A DNA stretch of 64,000 nt from Berkelbacteria bacterium GW2011_GWE1_39_12 (GTDB taxonomy: Bacteria; Patescibacteriota; UBA1384; UBA12157): contig CP011213.1 in assembly GCA_001029735.1 (NCBI GenBank), positions 268,087 to 332,086 on the forward strand. The letters run 5' to 3'. Shown here piece by piece: positions 19,101-29,356 of this stretch. A program made the position numbers and the translations under genes. Each line of letters begins with the position of its first letter. Within the stretch, counting starts at the first letter, position 1. Under the pieces are notes generated by a model that had not been told where the DNA came from, searched no databases, and worked only from the letters and a program-made list of their open reading frames with translations.

Positions 19101-19994
19101 ATGGCTTACAATCCGCTTCGAGTAACGCTTTCCAACATTATCCCGCTTACGGAAGCAAGGGATCATTTTTCGCAGATCGTAAATGAAGTTCAGAAAGACA
19201 AGCTTTATGTTTTAACCAAGGGCGGTAAGCCGGCTGTGGCAATTGTTGATGTTAAATATTTAGAACAAATCACCGGCGGCAATGTAAACACCAGTCATGT
19301 TGAACAAGAAATTCAAAAGAACCCGGCTAAAGTTGGCCGACCTGAAATGTTAAAACACGAGCCAACGAGGACAACATCTACACCTTCAGTTTCATCGTTC
19401 ACCCCAACGCCGCAAAATACTCCACTATCTTCGTCAGTTACTCATCCAACTCCACCTGCTCCACCAAAACCTTTTACTCCACCACCGGTACGACCAAAAC
19501 CCTTTACGCCGCCGCCAATGCCGCCGAAACCGGCTCCGATGCCACTAACACCGCCAATTGAACATCATGAAGCACCTAAACCAGAATTTCATCCTAATCC
19601 CCCACAAACACCAGTATCGTCTCCAACCGCACCACTTAGTTCATTTCCTTCCACTCCTCCTGTTCCAAGCCAAGTTATTTCACCTAAACCAGTCGAAAAG
19701 CCTGCAGAGAATAATACAACTTTAAAAATGCCACCGGTTGTTAATAATGCAATTCCTACTTCCCCAATAGACAAATCGTCAACAACTATGGCTACCAAGC
19801 CTGAGATTATGGCTACTAAGCCTACGACTATGATTGATGTTCACACTATTGACGACGAAGAGGAAGAGGACAAAGACACTTCGCGCAGTGACAATAGTCG
19901 AGTCGAACCAGACGATAAGCCAAACCCGGCTCAATACTCAGGCGGTTCAGCGGTTTCTGGTCATCCAGAACCAGATGACATGCTGATCGATTAG
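19101..19994 (+). CDS. Phd/YefM antitoxin-like domain fused to a Pro-rich and acidic tail
   Basis: IIPLTEARDHFSQIV...LTKGGKPAVAIV; low-complexity C-terminus; terminator ~20024-20049. Confidence 0.75.
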   Translation: MAYNPLRVTLSNIIPLTEARDHFSQIVNEVQKDKLYVLTKGGKPAVAIVDVKYLEQITGGNVNTSHVEQEIQKNPAKVGRPEMLKHEPTRTTSTPSVSSFTPTPQNTPLSSSVTHPTPPAPPKPFTPPPVRPKPFTPPPMPPKPAPMPLTPPIEHHEAPKPEFHPNPPQTPVSSPTAPLSSFPSTPPVPSQVISPKPVEKPAENNTTLKMPPVVNNAIPTSPIDKSSTTMATKPEIMATKPTTMIDVHTIDDEEEEDKDTSRSDNSRVEPDDKPNPAQYSGGSAVSGHPEPDDMLID

Positions 19995-20062
19995 ATCAGA
20001 TAAGCTGATCGATAATTAATATCAAAAAACCGGATTTCTCCGGTTTTTTGATAAACAATTAT

Positions 20063-20680
20063 TTACTGAGAGCGTTGTTTTAAATGTCTTCTAACGTACC
20101 AAACTATGCCGACAATAATTAAGGTGAGAATAACCCAATCCAACCCATGAAAATAACCACGAAGACTTTCCCAATTATCGCCTAATTCTTTACCAAAGTA
20201 AGCCAAGGCTAAGGACCACGGGAGAGAACCTAGAAACGAGTAAAGAAGAAATCGGCCAAAATGCATGCGTGAAATACCGGCCGGGAAAGAGATAAATGTT
20301 CGTATAACCGGAAGAAGCCGACCGACAAAAACCGTCATCTCGCCTCTTCTTTTAAACCAGCCGTCGGCCAAATCTAAATCATGATGAGAAATCAAAATAT
20401 ATTTACCATATTTTTCAATTAAAGGTCTGCCGCCAACTGCGCCAACCCAATAAGATAACGCCGAACCCCAGGCGCAGCCGACTGCTCCGGCGAGTCCCAC
20501 CAACCACAAATTCAATTCTCCTTTAGAAACCAAAAAACCGGCAAAAGGCATAATTATTTCGCTTGGCAAAGGAATATTAGCTGATTCGATTCCCATCAAC
20601 AGAACAACACCGCCATAGCCTAAGCTCGAAATTACTGACATAATCCAAGATGCAACCGCTCCTAATATCGCTGAAGCCAT
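20063..20680 (-). CDS. DedA family membrane protein
   Basis: ESANIPLPSE and GRLLPVIRTFIS motifs. Confidence 0.92.
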   Translation of the reverse strand: MASAILGAVASWIMSVISSLGYGGVVLLMGIESANIPLPSEIIMPFAGFLVSKGELNLWLVGLAGAVGCAWGSALSYWVGAVGGRPLIEKYGKYILISHHDLDLADGWFKRRGEMTVFVGRLLPVIRTFISFPAGISRMHFGRFLLYSFLGSLPWSLALAYFGKELGDNWESLRGYFHGLDWVILTLIIVGIVWYVRRHLKQRSQ

Positions 20681-20692
20681 GAAAAACCTCCT

Positions 20693-21313
20693 TTAAAAAT
20701 ATTTAAAACCCCAAAAAACTACGGCAGTTAATATAAAAGCGAGTAGTGATCCTGCCAACGCTTGTAAGATAGTGTGTTTTTTTCGATGCACTCTGGACCA
20801 AGCCAACGGAAGAAGCAAAAAGTAAAACCAAGCAAAATTATATCCGAACAAGATTACAGCGACCGTAATAATAGAGGTCAATAGCGCCATGTGAATACTG
20901 ATTTTCCAATAGGCAGTAATAACAGCTACAGCCAAGGCATTAACAGCATAAGTTACAGCCATAACGATCACTGGACGGGCAGCGCCTAAAATAATTAATA
21001 ATACTGCGCCAATCGTTGAAGAAATCCCGGCAATTAAGAAAGGTATTTTTCGCTCATTCCTATCTGAAATATGAATGTCGTGAATTTTTTCTGTTTCCAT
21101 AAGCCATAAAACATATATTCCAGGGATGATGATGCCAAAAACTAGGAAGGTTAAAACCCAGGGTAAAAACTGCGAAAGATTTTGTGAATAGTTATAAGTT
21201 AATAACACTACAAAAAGAACAGCTACGACATATGGGCTAAAAATCGCCGAAATGCCAAAGGCAAGGAAATCTTCCCAAGTTTTAAATTGTTTACCTTTAA
21301 CGTTTTCTTTCAT
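20693..21313 (-). CDS. PAP2-superfamily membrane protein
   Basis: WKISIH and WSRVxxKKHT motifs. Confidence 0.7.
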   Translation of the reverse strand: MKENVKGKQFKTWEDFLAFGISAIFSPYVVAVLFVVLLTYNYSQNLSQFLPWVLTFLVFGIIIPGIYVLWLMETEKIHDIHISDRNERKIPFLIAGISSTIGAVLLIILGAARPVIVMAVTYAVNALAVAVITAYWKISIHMALLTSIITVAVILFGYNFAWFYFLLLPLAWSRVHRKKHTILQALAGSLLAFILTAVVFWGFKYF

Positions 21314-21319
21314 GATATC

Positions 21320-21883
21320 CTACGCCAATCTAATTTTTTTGGCGATATTGATTAACCAGTTATAGGCTACATCCAAATATTCATCAAGTAATTTAATTAT
21401 CCAAGCGGAAAGAAGTCCAACTACAACACCGGCTAAAATATCTGTTGGCCAGTGAATACCGGTTGCGACTCGGAAAAAACAAGTAACCGCAGCAATTGCA
21501 AACATTGCATAAGAAAGCTTTTTGTAACCGGACAGATAAAATGACATCGCAACAGCAAACAACGCAGCTGCGTGATCTGACGGAAAAGAAACCGTTGGAC
21601 GGTGAAAAATCAATTCCTGAACGCCTCCGGAATTAAACGGTCTGTCCCGATTAACCAACTTGCCGATCGTTGACGCTAAAATTGGCCAGGCTAAAATCAC
21701 CGAAAAACCGGCTCTTAATGCCACTTTCTTCGCATTTTCCGGCCAAAACCACAGAGCGATCAAAATCAATGGTAAAGAATAAGTTAAATATTCGGCAAGA
21801 AATTTATTTAAAAAGCCCCAATTAGCAAAAATATGATTCAATTTTAATAAAACTTTCAAATCTAAACTTTGGATCTTATCCAC
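21320..21883 (-). CDS. PAP2 undecaprenyl-diphosphatase (BcrC-like)
   Basis: KxxxxRxRP, SFPSDH, RVxxGIHWPTD. Confidence 0.88.
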   Translation of the reverse strand: MDKIQSLDLKVLLKLNHIFANWGFLNKFLAEYLTYSLPLILIALWFWPENAKKVALRAGFSVILAWPILASTIGKLVNRDRPFNSGGVQELIFHRPTVSFPSDHAAALFAVAMSFYLSGYKKLSYAMFAIAAVTCFFRVATGIHWPTDILAGVVVGLLSAWIIKLLDEYLDVAYNWLINIAKKIRLA

Positions 21884-22056
21884 AAAAGCTCCTTTTCTTT
21901 ACTTTATCAACAATCTTTCTTTTTGACAATCAGACTCCATGCGTCGTAAAATAAGCATTGAGCAACACTTTTTACAAATTGTCGCTAAACACCCTTGGAT
22001 TTTGCAACGCAATTAATATTTCATCGCAAAATCCAAGCCAATTAAAGGAGGGTTTT

Positions 22057-22995
22057 ATGACTATCTCGTCTAGCATTATCGATTTTTTAGAATATATGGA
22101 AATTGAAAAAGGGCGGTCTCTCGCCTCGGTCAAAAACTACGACCGTTATTTAAGAGATTTTGCGGGTTTTGCCAAGCAAAACGAAATTATAGACCCAGAA
22201 AAAATTGATCAGGATATTGTCCGAAAATATCGACTTAACCTAAATCGTAAAGAAAAAGTAATCTCTAAAAAAACTCAGAATTATTATTTAATCGCACTCA
22301 GATCTTATTTAAAATTTTTAAACCGCCGAGGCATTAAAAGTTTGGATGCCAATCAAATTGAGTTGGCTAAAAGCGATGGTCGACAAATAACATTTTTAGA
22401 GGTAGATGAACTTGATAATTTACTTTCAAAGCCTGACTTGAGTACAATTCAAGGTGTTCGCGATAAGGCAATTTTAACTCTACTCTTTTCTACCGGGCTA
22501 CGTGTTTCAGAAGTCGCCAATTTAAAAAAAGATGATATCAATTTGGAAAAAAAGGAATTTTCGGTTAAAGGCAAAGGCGGCAAGGTTCGCGTAGTTTTTA
22601 TGGATGAAATTGCTCGCCAAGCTTTAAAAAAATATGTCGCTGTGCGACACGACCCATCTGACTATTTATTTATTGGTTATGGCCACACTAATCATCCCAA
22701 CGATAATATTGTTGCAAAAGAAGAACGAATTACGTCCCGTTCGATTCAAAGAATGATAAAAAAATATGCCGCCGAAGCTGTCATAACTAAAGATGTGACG
22801 CCTCATGTTTTGCGCCATAGTTTTGCTACTGACCTTTTAATGAATGGGGCCGACTTACGCGCAGTTCAATCACTGCTAGGCCATTCATCAATCACAACAA
22901 CACAAATTTATACCCATGTTACCGATCAACATCTGCAAGATGTGCATGAAGCTTTTCATGGTAAACGCCAAAACCATCAACAGGAAGACGATTAA
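22057..22995 (+). CDS. XerC/XerD-family tyrosine recombinase
   Basis: SAM-like N-domain; TGLRVSE, KGKGGK, HVLRHSFAT, LLGH...TTQIY. Confidence 0.93.
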   Translation: MTISSSIIDFLEYMEIEKGRSLASVKNYDRYLRDFAGFAKQNEIIDPEKIDQDIVRKYRLNLNRKEKVISKKTQNYYLIALRSYLKFLNRRGIKSLDANQIELAKSDGRQITFLEVDELDNLLSKPDLSTIQGVRDKAILTLLFSTGLRVSEVANLKKDDINLEKKEFSVKGKGGKVRVVFMDEIARQALKKYVAVRHDPSDYLFIGYGHTNHPNDNIVAKEERITSRSIQRMIKKYAAEAVITKDVTPHVLRHSFATDLLMNGADLRAVQSLLGHSSITTTQIYTHVTDQHLQDVHEAFHGKRQNHQQEDD

Positions 22996-23258
22996 GTTTT
23001 TGGATGATTTCGATAGAAATCAGCGATTATGTCTTCGGCAGTCTTAACATGCGGCTTAGGTTTTTTCGCTTCTTCTTCCAACACTTCATCCAATTTTTTG
23101 TCTCTTGCTTCTACTGTTTCTTCTAAAAACACATCCATTTCAACTTCATTTGACTTTGGTTTGCGCACCAATTTCTTTTCATCTTCCGCTTCCATTTGAG
23201 CACGCCAAACTGGATCCTCTTCAAAACCAAAAGCTGGTTGTCCGTTTTCTCTTGACAT
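22992..23258 (-). CDS. Hypothetical charged protein
   Basis: AAGGAG SD; 88-aa ORF. Confidence 0.55.
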   Translation of the reverse strand: MSRENGQPAFGFEEDPVWRAQMEAEDEKKLVRKPKSNEVEMDVFLEETVEARDKKLDEVLEEEAKKPKPHVKTAEDIIADFYRNHPKT

Positions 23259-23357
23259 ATTTTACTCCTTGAGTTTAATATAACATGTATTTTTCCCCAA
23301 AAAAACGATCTATTTCCATTTAAAAAGGGCGCCGAACGCCCTGCAGTACTATTAGAT

Positions 23358-23810
23358 TTAGATTGTAAGATTAGCCGCAAAGATATGGCCAATTTGTGCC
23401 TCTGAGTAATCAGCGAGATTAAGAAGAATCGTTCTCCCCATCCCACCGTTTTCACAGTCGACTGGGCGCTCAGGTAGCTTAGGTTCCTTCTCAACTTGTT
23501 CATAAGCCGTATTACTCACTGTAACTGTATAATGATTTTCGACAATAGAAATGACTACAATTACCAAACCAAATCCATGCCGAAATGCATTTGTCACAAC
23601 TTCACCGATTGCAATTTCTGTAAACTGGTTCTCGAAAGGACCTAAGATTTGCTGAATACGCATCCTTACAGTATGAGAGCGTTTGTGATCCTTAGAATTA
23701 CGTTTTTCCCAATCCCGACGGATTGGGTAAACATAAACACCGTGATCATCTCTTGCAACTATAGAACCCCGAAAGAAGCCCCCTGTTCCTACGCTAGCAA
23801 GCATCTTCAT
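23358..23810 (-). CDS. RsbW/SpoIIAB-like anti-sigma kinase (HATPase_c)
   Basis: EVVTNAFRHG N-box and GGMGR G2-box. Confidence 0.7.
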   Translation of the reverse strand: MKMLASVGTGGFFRGSIVARDDHGVYVYPIRRDWEKRNSKDHKRSHTVRMRIQQILGPFENQFTEIAIGEVVTNAFRHGFGLVIVVISIVENHYTVTVSNTAYEQVEKEPKLPERPVDCENGGMGRTILLNLADYSEAQIGHIFAANLTI

Positions 23811-23973
23811 GCCTCCTATAAAGGTTCGTTCGGACTCTACATTAATAGTACTCTACTGCTTAGAAAATAAATATTTTGTCAAGAATTTAAAAAGCGGCTC
23901 TCAGCGAGAAACCGCTTGTATTTGACTGTTAGATAGTAGACTTGCCCTCCAAATATTCCTTGCCCTTACCGAC

Positions 23974-24675
23974 CTATTTGGTAATAGGAACGCCGTCTTT
24001 ACAAAGCGGACAATCCGCTGCTTCGTAGGATTCCATATCAACCTCAATTAGGTTAGTAAGGTTAGGGGCATCGATCATTTCAGCGGTCACCTTGCCGCAA
24101 TTTGTCATGCAGGCAGCGGCCACTACGATACCGCCAATCTTTTTGACAGCACTGATCACTTTGGCAATAGTGCCGCCAGTTGTCAAAATATCGTCGACAA
24201 CCAACACGCGTTTCCCGACAATCAGCTTGTCATAGCCTCGCTTGAAGATCATTGTCCCATCATCGATCAGGACAGTTTGGCCTGGCAATACTTCTGTCAC
24301 TTTCTTGGTGGCAGATCCTTGAGTGATGATGACGTGAGCGCCAGCTGCTCCTTTATAGAACGCCTGTAGATTCTTCTCAGCGAAAACCGCTAACACCTCT
24401 CGACCGTACTGATTTGAAAGGTGATAAGCGACCCACTGAGAAAGAATTACGCCGCCAACAGTTGGGCCAACGACCACATCTATGCTCTTGTCGTCCACTA
24501 TCGCGGCAATATATTGCCCCAGCTTGGCGATGTCGTGGGTATGCGGATACACCGCATCTTTGTTGACATAAATCTGACCATGTTTGCCAGATGTGTAAAC
24601 AACGTGCAATCCAACCATCATTGCCTTACACTTTTCCAAAATCTCTTCTGCTTTACCCCTGATTACACCTAACAA
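23974..24675 (-). CDS. pyrE: Orotate phosphoribosyltransferase-like protein with loop insertion
   Basis: HxVYTSGKH, GPTVGG, VVDDILTTGGT, CPLCKxG. Confidence 0.8.
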   Translation of the reverse strand: MLGVIRGKAEEILEKCKAMMVGLHVVYTSGKHGQIYVNKDAVYPHTHDIAKLGQYIAAIVDDKSIDVVVGPTVGGVILSQWVAYHLSNQYGREVLAVFAEKNLQAFYKGAAGAHVIITQGSATKKVTEVLPGQTVLIDDGTMIFKRGYDKLIVGKRVLVVDDILTTGGTIAKVISAVKKIGGIVVAAACMTNCGKVTAEMIDAPNLTNLIEVDMESYEAADCPLCKDGVPITK

Positions 24676-24856
24676 TATTTTCCTCCTGCTCAGCGCGTTA
24701 AGAAATCTCCCCTTACTCACTGTTAGTGACAGATTAACATAGCAATAAGAAAATTCCAAGATTTACTCTTCAGTTAACCTCTTGACAAAAATTTGATTTC
24801 AGGTTTTTGTTTGCTACAATCGCTTTGTCCGGACTCTACTTTTTGGAGGATTTGAG

Positions 24857-25201
24857 ATGATAACGGGCATTACAGAAATAAGCGTAAGGGATATTGGGGA
24901 GCTTTTCTGCGTCGAGACTCACGAGAGCGATGTCGCCAACTACACTTACTACCTCTATGTCGGCATCGGTGCTGAACTGGTTTTTCAGCATCAGGACTAC
25001 AGAAGATATCACGAACCATTCAACTGTCGACCCAAAGAGGGCGACAGGAATTGGCCAATCGTCGTTGGCAAAGACCTACCCATTTTCACCGACGACAGTG
25101 GCAGGGAAGTTTTTTACAGGGGAAAGGTTTCTCAGATCACTCAACTCGAAAAGGGTGATGAAGCAGCCGTAAAAGACTGCCGGCTCTTTGACCGCATTTA
25201 G
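24857..25201 (+). CDS. Hypothetical protein, stand-alone unit
   Basis: GGAGG SD, upstream TTGA/TACAAT boxes, terminator ~25234-25256. Confidence 0.6.
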   Translation: MITGITEISVRDIGELFCVETHESDVANYTYYLYVGIGAELVFQHQDYRRYHEPFNCRPKEGDRNWPIVVGKDLPIFTDDSGREVFYRGKVSQITQLEKGDEAAVKDCRLFDRI

Positions 25202-25429
25202 TGAGTCATTTTCCCCATTTGTCATTTTATCTCAACCGCCATCTGGCGGTTTTTTAATATATATAGAGATCAATTATTCTTTCACTTCTTTGTAGAAAAA
25301 CACAAAAAAGCACTTTTATTATTATGTTACAATTTTTACTCGCAGCTTAACAATTTTTTGCAGTATAAGTTATCGTCTCTTGATGATAACCAATCTGTTT
25401 GCAAAGATTAGCTGCGGAAGGAGGATGAC

Positions 25430-26119
25430 ATGAAAAAGCGTCTGTTAGTTATTTTCTTGCTAATTCTATCCACTCCTCTTACTGCTGAAACGATCGACAT
25501 TGCAAAGATTCAACACGAAAATCACTTTAGCCAATCGGTCCGCCAAAGCGAAAATTATCAGATTTGGCGTAAAATGGGTCATTCCGCGCTAGCTGCTTGC
25601 CACCGAGGTGAGTTGAATTTTAATGCTAAACTTCTAGCCCAAGCCATTCAACACTGTGAACTTTCAGATATCTGCCCAGGTTTAAGTCTTCCGGAAACAC
25701 ATAAATATCTTGCAAAAGATTGTTACTATCAGTGTAAACAAGGGAAATTTATCGATAATGCCAGCAATCTTCAAAAATATATTCAAAAGCTTCACATTCC
25801 GCTGACCAAGATCGATCGGGATTTTAATCAAAAAGAGTTGGTGTTTTTCCTGTCCAGAGAAAAAGCGATCCCTCAATTGATTCAAGTTGAACCAAAAAAG
25901 CTTTCCAGTGAAGACGTCGTGAACTTCCTAATCGCCTTTTCTATTCCATCCTATATGTTTATACACGTTTTATGTAAATACGGGTTAAGCCGCAAAAACC
26001 GACGCCATGCCATAACTATATTGAAATATAACTTGAAAAGATGGGCTGAGCATAAATTTCATCATACCAACTGGCCAACCAGAGGAATTTATTTCCGAGT
26101 TTACCAACAGCTAGAATGA
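25430..26119 (+). CDS. Hypothetical secreted/membrane protein
   Basis: Signal-peptide-like N-terminus, C-terminal TM, GGAGG SD. Confidence 0.6.
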   Translation: MKKRLLVIFLLILSTPLTAETIDIAKIQHENHFSQSVRQSENYQIWRKMGHSALAACHRGELNFNAKLLAQAIQHCELSDICPGLSLPETHKYLAKDCYYQCKQGKFIDNASNLQKYIQKLHIPLTKIDRDFNQKELVFFLSREKAIPQLIQVEPKKLSSEDVVNFLIAFSIPSYMFIHVLCKYGLSRKNRRHAITILKYNLKRWAEHKFHHTNWPTRGIYFRVYQQLE

Positions 26120-26133
26120 TAATAGGAGGATCT

Positions 26134-26520
26134 ATGCAAATCCTGATTATTGAAGATAAAAAGTCAAAACTTAGATTAATGAAAGACATATTTGAGAATG
26201 AAATTGGAGTTCCTGCTAATGAAATATCTGTCGCGCTAAATTTAGAAAGCGCAAAAAGAATCATCAGTGAACATTTCGCTTCTCTAAAAATCATTGTCTT
26301 CGACGGCAGAGTCCCACTATCAGAGCTAAATTACGAGCTGGTAACCACAATCGCATTAGTTGAGGAAACCGCCAAAAATGGCTTTCTCGGACTAATGATA
26401 GCCAATTCAGGCGATCTTAATAACTCCCTTCTAGTGGCTGGCTGCAATATCGCTTTCGATTCCGTCATGTTCGACACTTTTAGCATATTTTTGCAGACCA
26501 TCAAAGACTCCTTAGCATAA
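26134..26520 (+). CDS. Stand-alone response-regulator receiver-like protein
   Basis: ILIIED...IIVFD...IANS receiver pattern. Confidence 0.6.
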   Translation: MQILIIEDKKSKLRLMKDIFENEIGVPANEISVALNLESAKRIISEHFASLKIIVFDGRVPLSELNYELVTTIALVEETAKNGFLGLMIANSGDLNNSLLVAGCNIAFDSVMFDTFSIFLQTIKDSLA

Positions 26521-26619
26521 CCATCCCGCCGGCGCATAACCGCTTCGGCGGTTTTTTAATCTTTTTCGAATGTTGGTTAACTGGTTGAAAAACTTTAATT
26601 TAAAGAATATAATGACTTT

Positions 26620-27735
26620 ATGAGCCTATCCATTGGCATTGTGGGTCTACCAAACGTGGGTAAATCCACTTTATTTAATGCCTTAGTCAAAAATTCGCAG
26701 GCGCAAGCCGCCAATTATCCATTTTGTACCATCGACCCAAACGTCGGTGTAGTTGAAGTACCTGATAAAAGGCTAAAAGTTTTAAGCGATATTTCTCACT
26801 CGGCCCAGATTGTTCCAGCCATTGTAGAATTCGTCGATATCGCCGGATTAGTTGCCGGCGCTTCCAAAGGCGAAGGCTTGGGCAATAAATTTTTAGCTAA
26901 TATCCGTGAAACCGACGCCATCTGCGAAGTCGTTCGAGTTTTCGAAGACGAAAAAATCGTTCATGTGGCCAATAAAATTGACCCAATTTCCGATATCAAA
27001 GTTATTGAAACAGAACTAGCAATTAAAGATCTAGAAACTGTTGAGAAACGGTTACAATCTTTGGAGAAAGACAAACGAGCTGGCAACAAAGAAGCGATCA
27101 AACAATCTGAGATCTTAAATAAGATCAAAGTCTTGCTTGACGAGGGCAGGATGGCTCGAGAAACTAATTTAGATGAGGATGATGCTGCAGCTATCAAGGA
27201 ACTCGGCCTTCTGACCCTAAAACCGGTTTTCTATGTTTTTAATGTTTCTGAAAAACAACTCGCTAATCCGGTCATTGCGAGTGAAACGAAGCAATCGATT
27301 GAAAAGATCGCCGCGGCCTCCGGCCTCGCGATGACAAATATTATTATTTTATGCACCAAAATTGAAGCCGAGTTAAATGAATTATCGGATGAAGAAAAGC
27401 AAGAATATTTAAACGAATTAGGCATTGAACATTCAGGCATGGAAGTACTCGCCCAAAAAGCTTATGATGTTTTGAATTTACAAACCTATCTAACCTCTGG
27501 TGAGAAAGAAACTCGCGCTTGGACAATTAAAAAAGGTGCCACTGCACCTCAAGCTGCCGGCGTTATCCATGGAGATTTTGAACGCGGCTTTATTGCGGCT
27601 GATATCGTCAAATACGACGATTTTGTCGCTAATAATGGCTGGGCCGGCGCTAAAGAAAAAGGGTTGGTCAAAACCCAAGGTAAGGACTATATCGTTCAAG
27701 ATGGTGATATCGTAATCTTTAAGTTCAATGTTTAA
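26620..27735 (+). CDS. ychF: Ribosome-binding ATPase YchF
   Basis: [25 protein letters not shown] domain. Confidence 0.97.
   Translation: MSLSIGIVGLPNVGKSTLFNALVKNSQAQAANYPFCTIDPNVGVVEVPDKRLKVLSDISHSAQIVPAIVEFVDIAGLVAGASKGEGLGNKFLANIRETDAICEVVRVFEDEKIVHVANKIDPISDIKVIETELAIKDLETVEKRLQSLEKDKRAGNKEAIKQSEILNKIKVLLDEGRMARETNLDEDDAAAIKELGLLTLKPVFYVFNVSEKQLANPVIASETKQSIEKIAAASGLAMTNIIILCTKIEAELNELSDEEKQEYLNELGIEHSGMEVLAQKAYDVLNLQTYLTSGEKETRAWTIKKGATAPQAAGVIHGDFERGFIAADIVKYDDFVANNGWAGAKEKGLVKTQGKDYIVQDGDIVIFKFNV
27271..27335 (+). repeat. GTCATTGCGAG-type palindromic element in frame in ychF
   Basis: GTCATTGCGAG...CTCGCGATGAC; left half recurs intergenically at 45259-45284 and 46127-46152. Confidence 0.8.
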
Positions 27736-27859
27736 ATGATGCAATCCGCCAGCTGGCGGAGGCGGCGTCGTTCTATTCAAATTTAACGTTTAAGTACTCA
27801 AACCTGTAAACACGCCTTGATTTTTGCACTCTTGAGGTTTAATATGTTGACATAAGGGG

Positions 27860-28516
27860 GTGATTTCGTTGCAGATCACAAAGCAAATTGATCCGCCGGT
27901 TTTGCCTGTCAAACCCACTTTATACAAATCGGATGCACTGGAAATTGTAGTCCGTATTATTGAGGCGGCTTTATTCCTCTTCGGATTGTTTTTGTTTTCG
28001 AGTATTCTCAACCGCCTCCATACGTTCGGAAGAAGCATGGTTATCTTGATGGTGCTAATCGGTATTTTTGCGTTGGATAGGTTCTTCGACTACTTGTTTT
28101 CATTTTTTCCCGACAACCGCGAAAAGTTCAATGTCTATCGCAACAAGAAGAAAAAGATTCTTCAAGATCACCAGCAGGACATCGAAGTCAAGACACAGCA
28201 ATTCCGATCGATCATGCACCCTTTGGTTTGCTGGGAATACTACCCTCATTCTTTTGCACCGCACTACGAGGTGACCTGGTACTTTGGCGGTAACGAACCG
28301 GAAACTAATGAGTTCGGTGGCGTCTACGTCACCCGGGTCAAAGGTAATGGCTCAGTCCAATTCCCCGAGGCATATTTTGACCGTCAAGGCCAACTTAATC
28401 TGGGGAGCAAAATTGTTCTTTATGTGAAGTCAGAAATTGGTGATTTTACCGTTCCTCAGTCCATCATCAACAACATCACTGTTTTTAATGACGACTCAAC
28501 GACAGGAAGAAAGTAA
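27860..28516 (+). CDS. Hypothetical membrane protein
   Basis: Two TM segments plus a soluble domain. Confidence 0.6.
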   Translation: MISLQITKQIDPPVLPVKPTLYKSDALEIVVRIIEAALFLFGLFLFSSILNRLHTFGRSMVILMVLIGIFALDRFFDYLFSFFPDNREKFNVYRNKKKKILQDHQQDIEVKTQQFRSIMHPLVCWEYYPHSFAPHYEVTWYFGGNEPETNEFGGVYVTRVKGNGSVQFPEAYFDRQGQLNLGSKIVLYVKSEIGDFTVPQSIINNITVFNDDSTTGRK

Positions 28517-28864
28517 TTTCTTCCTTTTTTAAACTTAAAAATTTAGTACTTAAAAAGGGCTAAATAAATAGCCCTAACGCTCTCCCCAAGATAGATCTGG
28601 GTGTTCAAAATCGATAAATTACTTGTTCATATATGGTTCGACCTCAGTGATCGAAAACTTCAAATCCCCCGAGTGACACGTACATCAAAGGCCAAATGAG
28701 CTAATGAATCAGGCATTGTTAAGTTCCTCCCATCTCAACAGAACAACTAAATATACCAAACTTTTATATAAAGGTAAAATAATAAGCCATTACACTTGAC
28801 AAATTATCTCTACGGGTATATAATATTGGCGCATTCTACGAACGTGTCTAAAAAGGAGGATATT

Positions 28865-29227
28865 ATGATTGGTTCGTTCGGGAAAAGAATAGAATGCGCG
28901 ATAGAGTGCGACGGCAAAAATTGCATTGTGATGATCAGCCATGACGGGGTTGGCTGTGAAACAGTGCTTGAAGCCTTCCAACGACTTAAAAGGGTGGCAT
29001 CGCCCCAACAAAACGTCGTTTTGATCGTCGACGATGATTGCTGTGCCGGTGAGTGCATCGCCGGATTAGTGGTTAGCATAAGACGATGGCAAGGCGGCAA
29101 TGGCGGCCGCACTATAATCGCCGCCGATTCATCCGCCTTTCGGAGGAATTTCGCTCACTTCGGTTTCAAGAATATCGGAATTCCTGTCTTCAGAGACACT
29201 TGCGAAGCATTCCAATTGCTCGCATAA
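28865..29227 (+). CDS. Divergent STAS-like protein
   Basis: Weak STAS pattern (VVLIVD...IAGLV...RR..G.GGR.II...IPVF); own promoter and terminator. Confidence 0.45.
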   Translation: MIGSFGKRIECAIECDGKNCIVMISHDGVGCETVLEAFQRLKRVASPQQNVVLIVDDDCCAGECIAGLVVSIRRWQGGNGGRTIIAADSSAFRRNFAHFGFKNIGIPVFRDTCEAFQLLA

Positions 29228-29356
29228 TATATTGACAAGCCTACCAACAGGTAGGCTTTTTTAGTTGACAAAAATTTTCAAATCATTTAATAATGGAATA
29301 TAAAACATTTCGATCGCTTTCTGATCGGATATTCCACTGCCGCTCGGAGGTAAGCC

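Noticed and set aside
22057-22995. Integron integrase or prophage integrase
   Set aside because: Looks like a housekeeping XerC/D; no obvious IntI-specific insertion, canonical attC array or phage genes.
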